Shown: one piece after another, positions 1-12,700 of the stretch
How positions within the stretch are numbered: position 1 is the first letter of the stretch
Layout of the letters: every line of letters starts with the position of its first letter
From: the human T2T-CHM13v2.0 reference genome, Homo sapiens
Direction: 5' to 3' (one strand)
Assembly (NCBI RefSeq): GCF_009914755.1
Contig: NC_060926.1
Length of the DNA stretch: 64,000 nt
Notes under the pieces: model-generated
Told to the model about the DNA's origin: nothing
The model's database searches: none
The model's input: only the letters and a program-made list of their open reading frames with translations
Position numbers and translations under genes: made by a program

Positions 1-65
1 AGGAGATTAGCAGAAAATATACATAAAAAATCACATCAGTTGACATCCCTCTACTCTGTGACATT

Positions 66-557
66 GTGGTGGCGTCTAAGAAGGTCATCAGTGTTTCTCA
101 GTATCTGGCATTCCTGCCCCTATGTAATGTCCTTCGCTTGCATGTGGGCTAGACTTACAGCAGCCAGGAGGAAGTGTCACTTCCAAGATTAGGTTATAAA
201 AAGCCTGTGGCTCCTATCCTGGGCTTTCTCTCTCTCTCTCTCATCTGTCCTGGAAGAAAAGTAAATTGCCAGCTGTTGTGAGGATCCCTGCACCCACATG
301 TAAGATAATAAGGCATGCTAACAACCATGTAAGTGAGCTTGAAAGTGAATGGCATCCTACACACACAGCTGAACCTTCCAGTGAGACTGCAGGAATGATC
401 ACCAGTTTAACTCCAGCCTCACAAGAGATACTGAGCCACAGGCACCCAGCTAAGTTTTTCTGGGATTCCTGACCCATAAAAACTGAAATAACATGTTTCT
501 TATTCATAGCTGCCTAATTTGGGGATAATTTGTTATACAGGAACAGATAGCTAAATA
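66..557 (+). mobile_element. Old MaLR LTR (MLT1E/F-like), degenerate
   Basis: MLT1-type motifs ttccaagattaggttataaaa, ccagcctcacaagagatactgagcc and the 3' end ttggggataatttgttatacag...agctaaata; boundaries approximate. Confidence 0.55.
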
Positions 558-584
558 ACCACCTAAAATATAGAAAAGAATAGC

Positions 585-692
585 TTTCTCCGTCCTTCCC
601 TCCCTCTCTTCCTCCCTCCCTCCCTCCCTCCTTTCCTTCCTTCCTTCCTTCCCACCCTCCCTCCCTCCCTCCCTCCTCCCTTTCTTTCTTTT
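585..692. repeat. Polypyrimidine/polypurine (CCCT/CCTT)n low-complexity tract
   Basis: About 105 nt of almost pure C/T on the + strand. Confidence 0.9.
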
Positions 693-758
693 TGCCAAAA
701 AAGCAAAACCAACCAACAAACTAAAATCTAGACAGTCTTTCTTCTAAAAGCAAAGAAA

Positions 759-1057
759 GGCTGGGAGCGGTGGATCATGCCTGTAATCCCAGCACTTTTG
801 GAGGCAGAGGTGGGTGAATCACAAGGTCAGGAATTGGAGACCAGCCTGGCCAGTGTGGTGAAACCTCGTCTCTACTAAAAATACAACAATTAGCCAGTGT
901 GGTGGCGGGTGCCTGTAGTCCCAGCCACTCAGGAGCCTGAGGCAGGAGAATTGCTTGAACCCAGGAGGCAGAGGTGGCGGTGAGCTGAGATTGCCCCACT
1001 GTACTCCAGCCTGAGCAACAAAGCAAGACTCCATCTCAAACAAACAAACAGACAAAC
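759..1057 (+). mobile_element. AluS (Sg-like), full length, with a (CAAA)n tail
   Basis: ggctgggagcggtggatcatgcctgtaatccc...gactccatctc followed by the tail; flanked by aaaa(g/a)caaagaaa repeats. Confidence 0.92.
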
Positions 1058-1072
1058 AAAAACAAAGAAACT

Positions 1073-1428
<356 letters not shown>

Positions 1429-2707
1429 CTACTTCCAAAGAAAAGCCTGTAGCTCTCCATACTCTGTTTATTCTCAACCTGACAAGCAGTCCAGACTGGT
1501 GCTAAAGAACAGAAGATACACATCGAGATCCCTTTGGAGGTAGGTTGTTGAGGGAAAGAGATAAGGTCTGATAGAATTAAAACTGTGACTGGGAATTTAA
1601 AATGATGATATAATAAAGGCAAGAGATTCAATACAAGAAAAAATAAGTATGTTGAGTAGCTCATGGAAAAACAAAACTATAGAAAACAAATATGATTCAA
1701 ATATAACGCAAAATAAAATGTCCTGATTTCTGAGCAACTGATAAGTGCAAGGGAATCCACTTGACCTTGATCCTAGAGGTGGAAAAATTCTCCTTTGAGT
1801 AGTCCAGGTAATATGATATTTAACTCATAAAAAAAGAAAGGTAATCTTAACATATAACTGAGATCAGTATTGGATAATATTTACACAGTAATGGTAATCT
1901 AAATGGTCTTCATTGTTTTCCACTTTAGAATCCTCATAATCCAAATAAAATATGGGAGATTTAGTTGTGGTTGGTTGTCAGACAGAATGTTAAAGTTAAC
2001 ATCCCTGGAAATAAAATGAGATCATGAGATGAGGAAAAGAAGAGGGAAGCTAGAGGAATGGGGAGGAGCATAAAAAATATCTTTAGCTTACTAATGTGGA
2101 TACTTAAGAGATAAGAGATATTCTTGTAAATTAATGGAACAAGAAATTAGATGCAACTATATTACTTAAAGCAACAAAATTTATATATAATTTACATATA
2201 GTTTTATCTAATATATATCAAGTATTATATATATAATATTTTATACACATACAGACATAATTCACAGGAGAGAAAAAAGCAAAAGAAAGGATTAAAGCCT
2301 GAGCTAATCCTCAATTTTCATATCCAGGATTGTATAAGTATTGTATAAAAGGAATAAATAAACAAATGGAACATAAGCATATTATTTGGAGATATGGAGC
2401 TAATTACCAAAAAGAATTATTAAAAGACATTTACTCTGGGGAATAAGACTGGGAGTGATGAGGGGATAAATGTGGTATCGTTGCTTTTTTATATACCATC
2501 TTCTAAACTATATTGATTTGTTTTTATGTGCTTGCTTTATATTAATGAAAACAATGTATCAATTATTCCCACTTACATATGTACAACAAAGCAAAAAAGT
2601 GAATTCTGGGAGTAATCTGTTACTAGTTTCAGGAATAGTTTTAAAAAGGAAGGTATAACTGGTATTTGCAATTTGAGTTATCATCCATTTAAATATATTG
2701 TATTTTC

Positions 2708-2942
2708 TTTTTTTTTCTATTTCCTTTTGCTTTTTTTAAATTACACTTTAAGTTTTAGGGTACATGTGCACAATGTGCAGGTTTGTTACATATGTAAACA
2801 TGTGCCATGTTGGTGTGCTGCACCCATTAACTCGTCATTTACATTAGGTATATCTCCTAATGCTATCCCTCCTCCCTCCTGTATTGATAGGACGTATCTC
2901 AAAATAATAACAGCTATCTATGACAAACCCACAGCCAATATT
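2708..2942 (-). mobile_element. Short L1PA (approx. L1PA3-5) insertion with a 5' inversion
   Basis: Poly-T plus L1 3'UTR on the - strand (2708-2879) joined to a + strand ORF2 fragment (2881-2941, IDRTYLKIITAIYDKPTANI). 16-bp TSD aatatattgtattttc at 2692-2707 and 2943-2958. Confidence 0.9.
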
Positions 2943-4072
2943 AATATATTGTATTTTCAAATAAGCCACATAGCAAGAATAAATTCCTTTGACATTTCCT
3001 AGGCTTTATCAAGATCTGTCTGTTGTGAGGAATTCATTCCACTACCCAAACTTCATTTAAGTCTTTGCATCCAATTAGTGTTATCCCAACATGTCCCTCT
3101 AATCTCTTCTTTTGCTTCTCTAGTTCTTTGTACTTCATTCCCATTTTTATTTGCCTATAAAAAAATCATAGTTTTTACATGCTTAAACTCTGCAATGAGT
3201 GTCTTTTAAAAATGTTATACATTTTCCCTATTTCGATCTGGTTTTCTAGATGTCTAAATATCAACCTTATGCACAGCTTGTCTTGTAGCCCTGTCAAGAG
3301 TCACTGGTGCAAACTGGTTCTGTAATCATTAGGCTTCCCAGAGATTTTCGCCTGTTTCTTCCACTCCCCCTAACTGGCTGAAGACATCAAAAAATCAGAC
3401 AAACTGAAAATGTGAATTCTCGACTCTTTGAAACGGGCAAGCTACTTGCAAAATTGTGAAGTAAGTTTTAGCTATTTGTCTGTGGCTCACCACAGACAGC
3501 AAGGAAAAGGTAAACTCCTATGAAGACAATAAGAGATGATTTCCTGTAGAGAATTTAAAAACAATAACAAAGGTGACTGAAAGTCAGACTGCTTTTTATT
3601 ATTAGAGTGTGTCAACAAGTCTAAACAATGTCAGTGATAAAATATTCCTCTTGAGAGGGGACCATTAACAATGCCCCTCCTCCACCTTGGTACGGCACTA
3701 TAACCCAAAATGATGAGACTCTAGTAAACCTCTGGAACAGGGTTTTACACATGTTAATCTGTAACCTGGTAGGCAAAATTATGCCACTTTGGGCCCGTCT
3801 CTTTTCCTTTTAGGGACAACTACTGGTGCCTCCTTCCTAGTCTTATGAGAAGAATGTCAGTAGCATAAATTGAAATGGGAATTTTGCTTCCTGCATATCG
3901 CATCCACCCCTTTTTCTTAAATAAATATGCACATGCTTTTTAAAAAACCAAACAACTGTAATTTCAAAATGTCTTTATACTGCATAAGAAGGAAGTTAAT
4001 TCTTTTAACATCTTGTTATATATACCATCTTTATTCTCTGCAAATATTGATTAATCTAGGAAAATTCAGGAC

Positions 4073-4425
4073 TGATACGGTTTGGCTGTGTCCCCACCCA
4101 AATCTCATCTTGAATTGTAGTTCCCATAATCCCCATGTGCCACGGGAGGGACCCAGTGGGAGGTAACTGAATCAGGGAGGTGGTTTCCCCCATGCTATTC
4201 TCATGATGGTAAGTTCTCATGAGATAAGGGGCTTCCCCCTTCTCTCATTATTCTCCTTTCTGCCACCATGTGAAGAAGCATGTGTTTGCTTCCTCTTCTG
4301 CCATGATTGTAAGTTTCCTGAGGCCTCCCCAGCCCTGCAGAACTGTGAGCCAATTAAACCTCTTTCCTTATAAATTATCCAGTCTTGGGCCTGTCCTTAT
4401 AGCAGCGTGAGAATGGACTAATACA
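4073..4425 (+). mobile_element. THE1 (THE1C-like) solo LTR
   Basis: tgatacggtttggctgtgtccccacccaaatctcatcttgaa...gaatggactaataca; 5-bp TSD aggac at 4068-4072 and 4426-4430. Confidence 0.92.
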
Positions 4426-7204
4426 AGGACTGAGCAATACACAACATTTATCTTAGCATCATTTTATGCATTCTGTGTTCATTATTTATTCAAAAACCAC
4501 TTACTAAGTGTCCTTTTTGTATCAAACACTGCATTAGGTGCTGAGCATACACACATTAATAAGACAAAGGTCTTGACTTTAAGATGCTTGTCAAAAAAAA
4601 AACTTAAGGTTATAATCTCTAACAGGTAGATCATTATCTATCTATCTATTTAAATGAATCTCTATTCATCTATCTTTTCCAAAGTGCTATGAAAACAGGA
4701 AACAGGTTCTGCTTGGGGTTGTTCAGGAAATCATAAAGTGAAATGCAAAGTCTAAAATCTTCCTGTGCCATTAACACTAACAAAGCTTTAGTATTTTTCA
4801 AATGGAGAAGTGTATCATTAACTAGATCACAGGTACAGTCGCAAAACAAGAAAAGGAGGAAATAGGAACACTGCTGGCAGATGAGTCAGTATATCAGAAA
4901 GTGGGAAGTTGCATTTTGAGTTTAGGCAATGTGAACAGTTTACTAATAGCATACCAAATACAAATTTCAGACTAGATTCTTTATACATGTGTTTTTTTAC
5001 TTTTCTGAATCAAATTCCCAAACAATGTAGAATGCAAAGTTATATAAGATAATTGACAAAGTTACATAAGATAATTGAGCCATTAAATAAAAATGGAAAA
5101 CTCCAGTCACAAAAATGTCTGAAACTACAGTGAAAATTCTCTTTTTGGACAGTGGAAAGCCCTCAGTTCAGAACAGAACAAGTTGGGCACTTAACTTTCC
5201 TGCAGTGTCTTATCTTCTATCTTGTATTAGATTGCCATGTAGACCCTGTCAAGAAACATTACCAACTGCTAGTTAATGCTGTGCACGGAAAAGTCAGACT
5301 TGGTAATGTCACCACAGAATTTGAAAGGATATTAATGGGTCCTTTTCATTTCTGAAAAAATAGAGATTAGAACCAGAGAACTTCCCTTCAAGGACAATTT
5401 CTTTTGGAAGAAACTTATATTCCCTTTGGATCCATGAACACAAGTACCTACATCATTTTCTAGCTGTGGACTCACTCTTTCAAAACATACTCAGGGACAG
5501 CTGATGCAAAGGTAAGCTTGGAGGTGTAGAAAATATAAAAATCAGTTTTTCTCAAGTGTGTTCCAGGGCCAAATTTTTACTGCTGAATTTTAAATGCTGG
5601 TCTATGTTTAAGGAAGATCTTATAACAGCTAGCATAGCATGGCACAACACGTAGAGACTCCTCACTTGGTTCATTCTCCAATATTTTGGGGAATCTATAG
5701 TTGAATATATTTGTTACTTGGTCCTGGAGTAATGTGGGCCAAATGGAGAACCATTTCTCTTATTTGAGATTTGGGTCATCATGTGTGAATCTGTAGTGTC
5801 TAGAATAAGGCCTAGCATATGGAAGGAAGAATGAAAAAAAAGGGAGAAAGAAGAGAAGAAAAAAGGCAATAGCACAGTGGGGATGAGGATACTAAGGAAG
5901 AACAAATGAGCACCTGCTATGTGCCAGATGCTATGTCATGAGCTTTATTTGTGCAAGTTTATTTGATACTCTCAAAGAATGTGGCAAAACAAACATGATT
6001 TTAAAGTTCTCATTGTTATTGCTTCATACTTTACTCCATGTCGCAGTTAAACATTGAGGTTCACAATTATAACAGTCTTGGAGTTTTCTCAATAGCATAT
6101 AATTTATTCCATGTAAAGATGAAGATAAAAAAATGTAGCTTCCCCCATATGCCTCTAGGGTACTCTGTATGTCCTGCTGAAGTAGAAAAGTCCTAGAAGG
6201 GAGCTAAGGGGGCCGAGGCTACCAACTACTCTATTAAATCTACAGACTTGATGGTAATGTCTATTTTAGAAGAAGCTTTCCGCAAATGCAACTTAGATTT
6301 TAAAGACATCAGCAAGAGAATGTGGGTAATTCCAGAGTGAGGGTAGTGTCTAGCACATTGCCAACACTTAAGACGTGAAACACTTAAGAAGCATGTTTCC
6401 CCAATATGCTTGTTATTAAAAAGAGTCTAAAATATCTTTTCTCCTTTAAATTTGTCTCTGAGATTCAACTGTGTTAGTGATGCTGTTAATAATATACTCT
6501 AAATCTGTCATGTACAAAAGCTTTGCTATTGTTGATGTAGGGCACTTTATAATTTATGTATAGATTCACTAGTAATCTAAGGTGTGAGAAATGGTTCTTC
6601 AAAAAAATCCTGAATTGCTAGGTATTTATCCTCAAGAATAGCATAATAATACCTAGCAAAGTGTGCTACATATATTAGTTGCACATAAGATTTTGCAAAT
6701 TTGTAATTCTAAATGAAAATTTTGTGGATTTACAGGCAACATATAGCATGGTAAAAAAAATACACACGTACACACACTGCCTATTTTGTTTTGTTTTGTT
6801 AATTACCATTTGGAATGCTTACTGGATAAACCATTGGTTAACACAAGTGCTATTTGTCTGCTTGAGATTTCATATAAAGAGAATAGTGATAACAAGAATA
6901 CAGTGAAAGCTGTTTGGTAAATGCTGAATAAAGGCAGAGAAATTACCTGAGCCTTCTCCTGAGGTCCCAGCCTAATGGTGTTAATGTATTTTTTATTGCT
7001 GGAGAACTTTTCAGTGATACCAACAACAACAACAACAACAAAACTAACATAGGCTCTAGATGATAAAACATGTAAGAAATTAACATAGAGATTTAAAACT
7101 AATATTGACTTAGTTTTTTGAACAAGCTTAATGTTTACATATATCATGAAGGAGAATAGCAAGTATGGTTAACACACACATACACTTGTATACACAAAAT
7201 TATC

Positions 7205-7378
7205 TTTTTTGTTTTGAGACAGAGTGTCACTCTGTTGCCCAAGCTGGAGTGCAGTGGCATGATCTTGGCTCACTGCAACCTCCGCCTCCGCCCAGGTTAA
7301 GCAATCCTTCTGCCTCAGCCTCCCAAGTAGCTGGGACTACAGGCGCGTGCCACCATGCCCGGCTAATTTTTGTACTTT
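7205..7378 (-). mobile_element. Partial Alu (right arm plus linker)
   Basis: ttttgagacagagtgtcactctgttgccc...ggctaatttttgtac; left arm absent. Confidence 0.9.
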
Positions 7379-9167
7379 TCCTTCCTCCTTCCCCTCACAG
7401 ACAATGATTATTATATGTAAGAGATGAATAAATCAACAGGTGTAACACAAACGTAGGTATGTATTGAAAATCAGAAGTTCACAAAGTATTACAGAACAAT
7501 TTGTAGAGCTGATAAAAACTAAGACAATTAAACTAGGTTATATTCTTGCTACTTAGACAAGAACTAATTATTTAATAAAAAGATATTACTTTGTCCTACC
7601 ACTGAGACTAGACATTTTAGAGGAAGTGCCAACTTCACCAGTCCTGAGAAAATTCCCACTGAAATCACTGTCATGTATCGACTAGGTACACAGACTTCAT
7701 TCAATATCTCCAATGCTGATACAGAATATATCAAAAGAGATATCGAGAATCATGAGCCCAATCTAGTCTAACTCACAGCTGGAAGTACTTGAAGTTTTTC
7801 ATTCTCAAGTTGAAAAATTAGTATATAATGAATTCTTAAGCTCCTTAATCAAAATATGTTATCCAGGATAGATACAGAAATCATATTTGCAAGATTCAGT
7901 ATCACACCATGAATTACCTTCTGTGTGTGACAACTGGGGAACAGACACAAGAAACTTCCTGAGTGCTCAGTCAACAATAATTTGAAGTTGGTGAGGAAGT
8001 AGGGGAGGTTGCATAAAACAGCGCAAGTTATGGGAATCCTTGGACAGCTCTTCGTTGTCCAGGACTGTCCCAGCATTGCAGTGTGTGTAGTCCTCATGGA
8101 CCTCACGATAACTCTCTCTTTGTGTTATTACCTGCCCTCCACTGCCGCTTGCTTCCCATACATACATCCCTTAGGGGAATGGTGCTGCCTCATTCAACAG
8201 AGAATTCAGCTTGGTACATGCCACACAATTGATGTGCTGCTGAAGAAACATAAATTCACAGCTACTCTTCAAGGGCAGAGAAAATAGCTTTAAAGGTAAG
8301 AAAGATGCTTTAATTTACAGTGTGTACCTGAAGAATGCTTCTCAGACATGACTTTCAGATGTATGGTGCTCACCTGTGACAGGTACTTTGAACATTTCTT
8401 TATATTTTAAGATGAACATATGAAATTTCTATTTTTTATAGTTAAAAACTGGTGAAGTGGCCATCATTTCATATGGTTCCTATACTCTTGACTCCTATAA
8501 TCCTCACAATAAACTTATGAGGTAGGAAACTGAGGTCTAAGTAACTCACAGCTAGTACGTGGTAAACACAATGCTGGGATATAGGTGGGCATTTTGGCTT
8601 CTGGAGTCAACGCTCTTGACCACTATGCATAGTGCCCCAACATCCCACACAAGCTTTCAGACCTTAGACTCCCAGAACGCAGGGCCTCATCATCTGATCA
8701 TGTTAGGTGTCCAGCATGGAACCATATTTATAGGCAATGCCTAAATAGATACTATTAGAAGGAGTAATACATGATACAAAACTAAACTTCACTCATGACT
8801 CAAACACTTACTGTGTGACCTTCGACAAAGGGTTCCCATTTCTGAGGGCTAAACTTTTCAGTCTATCACATAGAATGTATATGGATGCATTAAGGAAGGG
8901 AACAATATGACTGTATTTGCATTTTCAAAAGGATAGTCTGACAGTTGGGTGGAGATCACAATGGAGGTGGTTAAGACTATGAGAAAGCAGGAGGTGATGA
9001 GATTCTGAATAAAGGCAATACGTAAGAGCAGAATATAGATCACCTCAATGTATCCTGAAAAAAAGTGGGCAGCATAGCCTTGGGTAAGTTAGCTTTTCTA
9101 TGCCTCAATTTCCTCCTTTTTGAGGAGGAATAATAATACCAAGTTGTACTTTTTGAGTTTCCATCTC

Positions 9168-9199
9168 TTCCTCAGACATATATATATATGTCTGAGGAA
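9168..9199. repeat. Perfect 32-bp palindrome centred on (AT)n
   Basis: TTCCTCAGACATATATATATATGTCTGAGGAA equals its own reverse complement (checked base by base). Confidence 0.97.
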
Positions 9200-9559
9200 C
9201 ACACATATATATATGTTCTGCAGGATATGATTACACTTCTGATTTAATTAGCAAAATATTTATTAGAAGCCAGAGGACCACAGAGGCCAGGTCCTTCTAG
9301 AGGTTAGGAGCAGGTAAAGTATATCTTGGTGTTGCTTTTGATCTTTTCTCTGGCTTCCAGTTTCCTAAGAAAGCTAATGCTGCCAGTGGCACTATCCATA
9401 CAGGGTGCAGTCCTTCTGGGTCTGAAGAAACGCCTGAAGATTAATATACCAAAGTTTTATGAAATTGATACCTACATCTCGAATACTTTATGCACATCCA
9501 TTCAAAAGAGATTTCCATTTCATGGTTCCCTTCCACACACAGGCATCCCCCTCTTCCTT

Positions 9560-9775
9560 CCTCTGTTTTTTTTTTCTTTTTTCCTGCAGCCTTTGACATC
9601 CCACACTATTCGTTTTCTTGTCTATTGCCCATCTTCTCCAACTAGAACTTAAGTTCGGTGCAGAAAAGTCTAATTTTGTTCAATGCTGTATTTCTACAGA
9701 CTAGAAAGGTAGTAGAAAGGTACCTGAGATATAGCAAGTGCTCATCAAACTTGGTTAAGTGAATGAATGAATGGG
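9560..9775 (+). mobile_element. L2 3' fragment
   Basis: L2-like end: tacctgagatatagcaagtgctcatcaaacttggttaagtgaatgaatgaatg; boundaries approximate. Confidence 0.6.
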
Positions 9776-12700
9776 TATATGAATATATTTATCTCAGACT
9801 AGCTTTGTGAGAAGACATCTCAAAACCAAGCTTGCATCTACCAATAGAGCATTTTGTCATCTAGTAAAACCTCCAGACCCCAAAGAAAATGCACCACGCA
9901 GAACTTAAAAAAAATCCTTTAAAATGCATTACTCTAGTACTTTTTCTTGCCAGTAATGAGAGGAGAAAAACAAAGTCTGAATAACTGTTGCTTACACGCA
10001 TTTAAAATTACAATACATTACACTCTTCTCACCAGGCACCATTAAGTTCAGGAGAACATGCCTTTGTATATATTTTAAAATACACATCAAAGTGTTTTTC
10101 TTTGAAATATGCACTAAAATTTGCTGTAAAAATGTACATTAATTTAAGTGAATTCAGAAGATTGATTGGACTAGGGAAAATAAATTAATTATTCATGTCA
10201 CCAGTATTTTTTAAATGCACAGTGGTTATCAGGAACATATATAATTATAAGTAATGCTATTATTTTTTAATAGCAAAGTTACAGCTAAGGTTAATTAATA
10301 TTTTTAATAAAAATAAAATTTTGTTCTTTGAAGTTGCAAAATGTATTTTGTTAGCTCTAAATATTTTTCAAGGAAATGTGTGTGAATTCTGCTTACATTT
10401 TTCAATCAAATAATATTCATTTTTCATGAGTACCTCCAAAGCCTCCAAGCAAGCAACAGAAGTGTCCAATATATTCAAACATTCTTTTCTTGCATAAACA
10501 TTAATTGGGTTCTTTTTCAGAAAACCCAACTGGGAATCAAATGCTACTGACTTTAATAGGATGTCTCATATGTGAAATGAATGTCTCTTACAATCTACCA
10601 ATGATATTTCTTGAACTCTCAATAGTTCCTTTCCTTGAGTAGGTTTGCTAACTCTACCCTGAAAAAATGCCTAACTGAAACCATGGAACTGCTCCAATAC
10701 ATTTCACTCATATTTACTGATTCTGTCTCACTTTATAATTTAATTTCTTCCCAAGAGTTGCAAACTATAGTCAAAAACCAGAATCTCTCAAAATTTTATT
10801 CTCTCTCTTTTCTCAACATTGTTGAAATAAGATGAAAAGAAAATAAAAAAGGTTATGGATTCTAAAAACCAGGCAAGGATACCACAGACAAATTTTGCTC
10901 TGAATATAAAGAACAGGACATAATATGTATTATTCTTATGAAGTATGCTTTTCTTGCAAAGGTAAATTTTGGATATGCTGTAAAAGTAGAGTATAATATA
11001 ATTTATAGACCAAATGGCATACTTTTGAGAGTCAAAAATATACTATTAATAATTACACTGAACATCAGGTATGCACAGGTACTATCCAGGCCAACTGGGC
11101 TGCATGGCCACATGATGGAAGACAGAGGTGAAATCTATGTTTTGGTAAATAATCATGAGAAGACCTAATTAAGAGCATCATCACTAGAATCAAAGAAATC
11201 TTAGAGCTGAGTACAACTTAAGAGTTTCCTAGTTCAACCTACTTATTTTACAGAGGCAGCAAGGCCAAAGTACAATGATGTGACCCAAGTTGTCCAAGTC
11301 ACATGACGAGATAGGTGGTTGTGTTGAAAGTGGAAACCAGGTCTCCTCATTCATCATGCTCTTTCCATTATACTACAATCTCTCTACAGTATGTATGTAT
11401 TCTCTATAGTATGTATGTAGCTTGTAAAATATTCTCGAAGGAAAGAACAAAAAGATCGTAAAATGTGCTATAAAGAACATTCCAGAAACGATGTCACAAG
11501 CTTGATCGTAAAAGAAACAGCACAGTTCAATTTTCCTTTCTTTGTGGACAGGCAAAGGAAGGAAGTGTTGTCCTCTTCATGTTGGCTTACATGTACTCAT
11601 CTCATAAGACATTGCAAGTTTAATTAGAAGAGGGGGAACATTTAGCAGCCAAAAAACTTGCATGATACTCCTGCCACATGCCAAGAAGCTCTCAGAATCT
11701 CAAAGAACTTTATACCACCAATAGTTTTTGTGAATATTTGCTTTCTGAGATTAGCCTTCTGGAAAGTTTCATAAAATGAGGAGGCCTTATGGAAACATTT
11801 AAAAATTAAATATTCCAAGTAAAATGAATTTTATAAATTTTATAAATTTTATGTAATCCACATAAAAAGTACTATCAATATTGTTATATTCACATTAAAA
11901 AGGAACAATTCGATCAGAAGTTTTGGTAAATGTCCCTATTATTTCTTGATATAAATCACATCTTCCTAAAGTAAACATTGGGCTGAAAATTGATTATCAT
12001 TCAAAGCAAAACTTCTTTTTTTTTTTTTTTTTTACTTTTAAAAGGATATTTACTTTAAGTAGGAATATAAACAGGACTTTATGGAGGATATTTTGATGAA
12101 CACTACTATATTCTCTGAGTCTGTGAAAACTGAAATACATTTCTTCCCTATTACTATCCCTGCAGGATGGCTGAACAAACCTCATCTCATCTATTTGAAA
12201 TGAGTCCAATTTAATTCTGCCTGACCAAAAATCTGTTTCCATAGTTTTAAAACATGCAATCACCCCAAGGTACATTGCCATTGTAGCTTAAGTGGCTCAG
12301 TGTTATCACTGAGAAAAATGCACTTTGATTGAGAAAACAGTCCAGTGTGGCTTTTGAAAAATGAAATGACCCTTTCTGATACACAATTTAGTAAGACAGT
12401 TGATAAAAGCAGGCGGATATGGCCACTATAGACAACATTTAAAGGAAGATGCTTCATCCAACCTGTAAAAATAGGTCAAAGTTTACAGTTTCGAAATTAA
12501 CATTAGAAATTTATCTCATATTTAAACTTCCTGGTTTAAATATTACTGTATTTAGAGGACAATTGAAAAGTCAATTACGAATTATGGAAAATTTTCAACA
12601 AATTATTCTGTCACTCAAATATAAATAAATTGCTTTCTTCCCTAATGTTTTTCCCCATACATACATGTGTTGTTATCTGTATTCATATATATATCTCACT

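Noticed and set aside
12260-12500. Acceptor-like ttgacctatttttacag/GTTGG on the minus strand, with a 65-aa ORF behind it
   Set aside because: No convincing donor downstream, GTTGGA is a poor recursive donor, and the peptide is unrecognisable.
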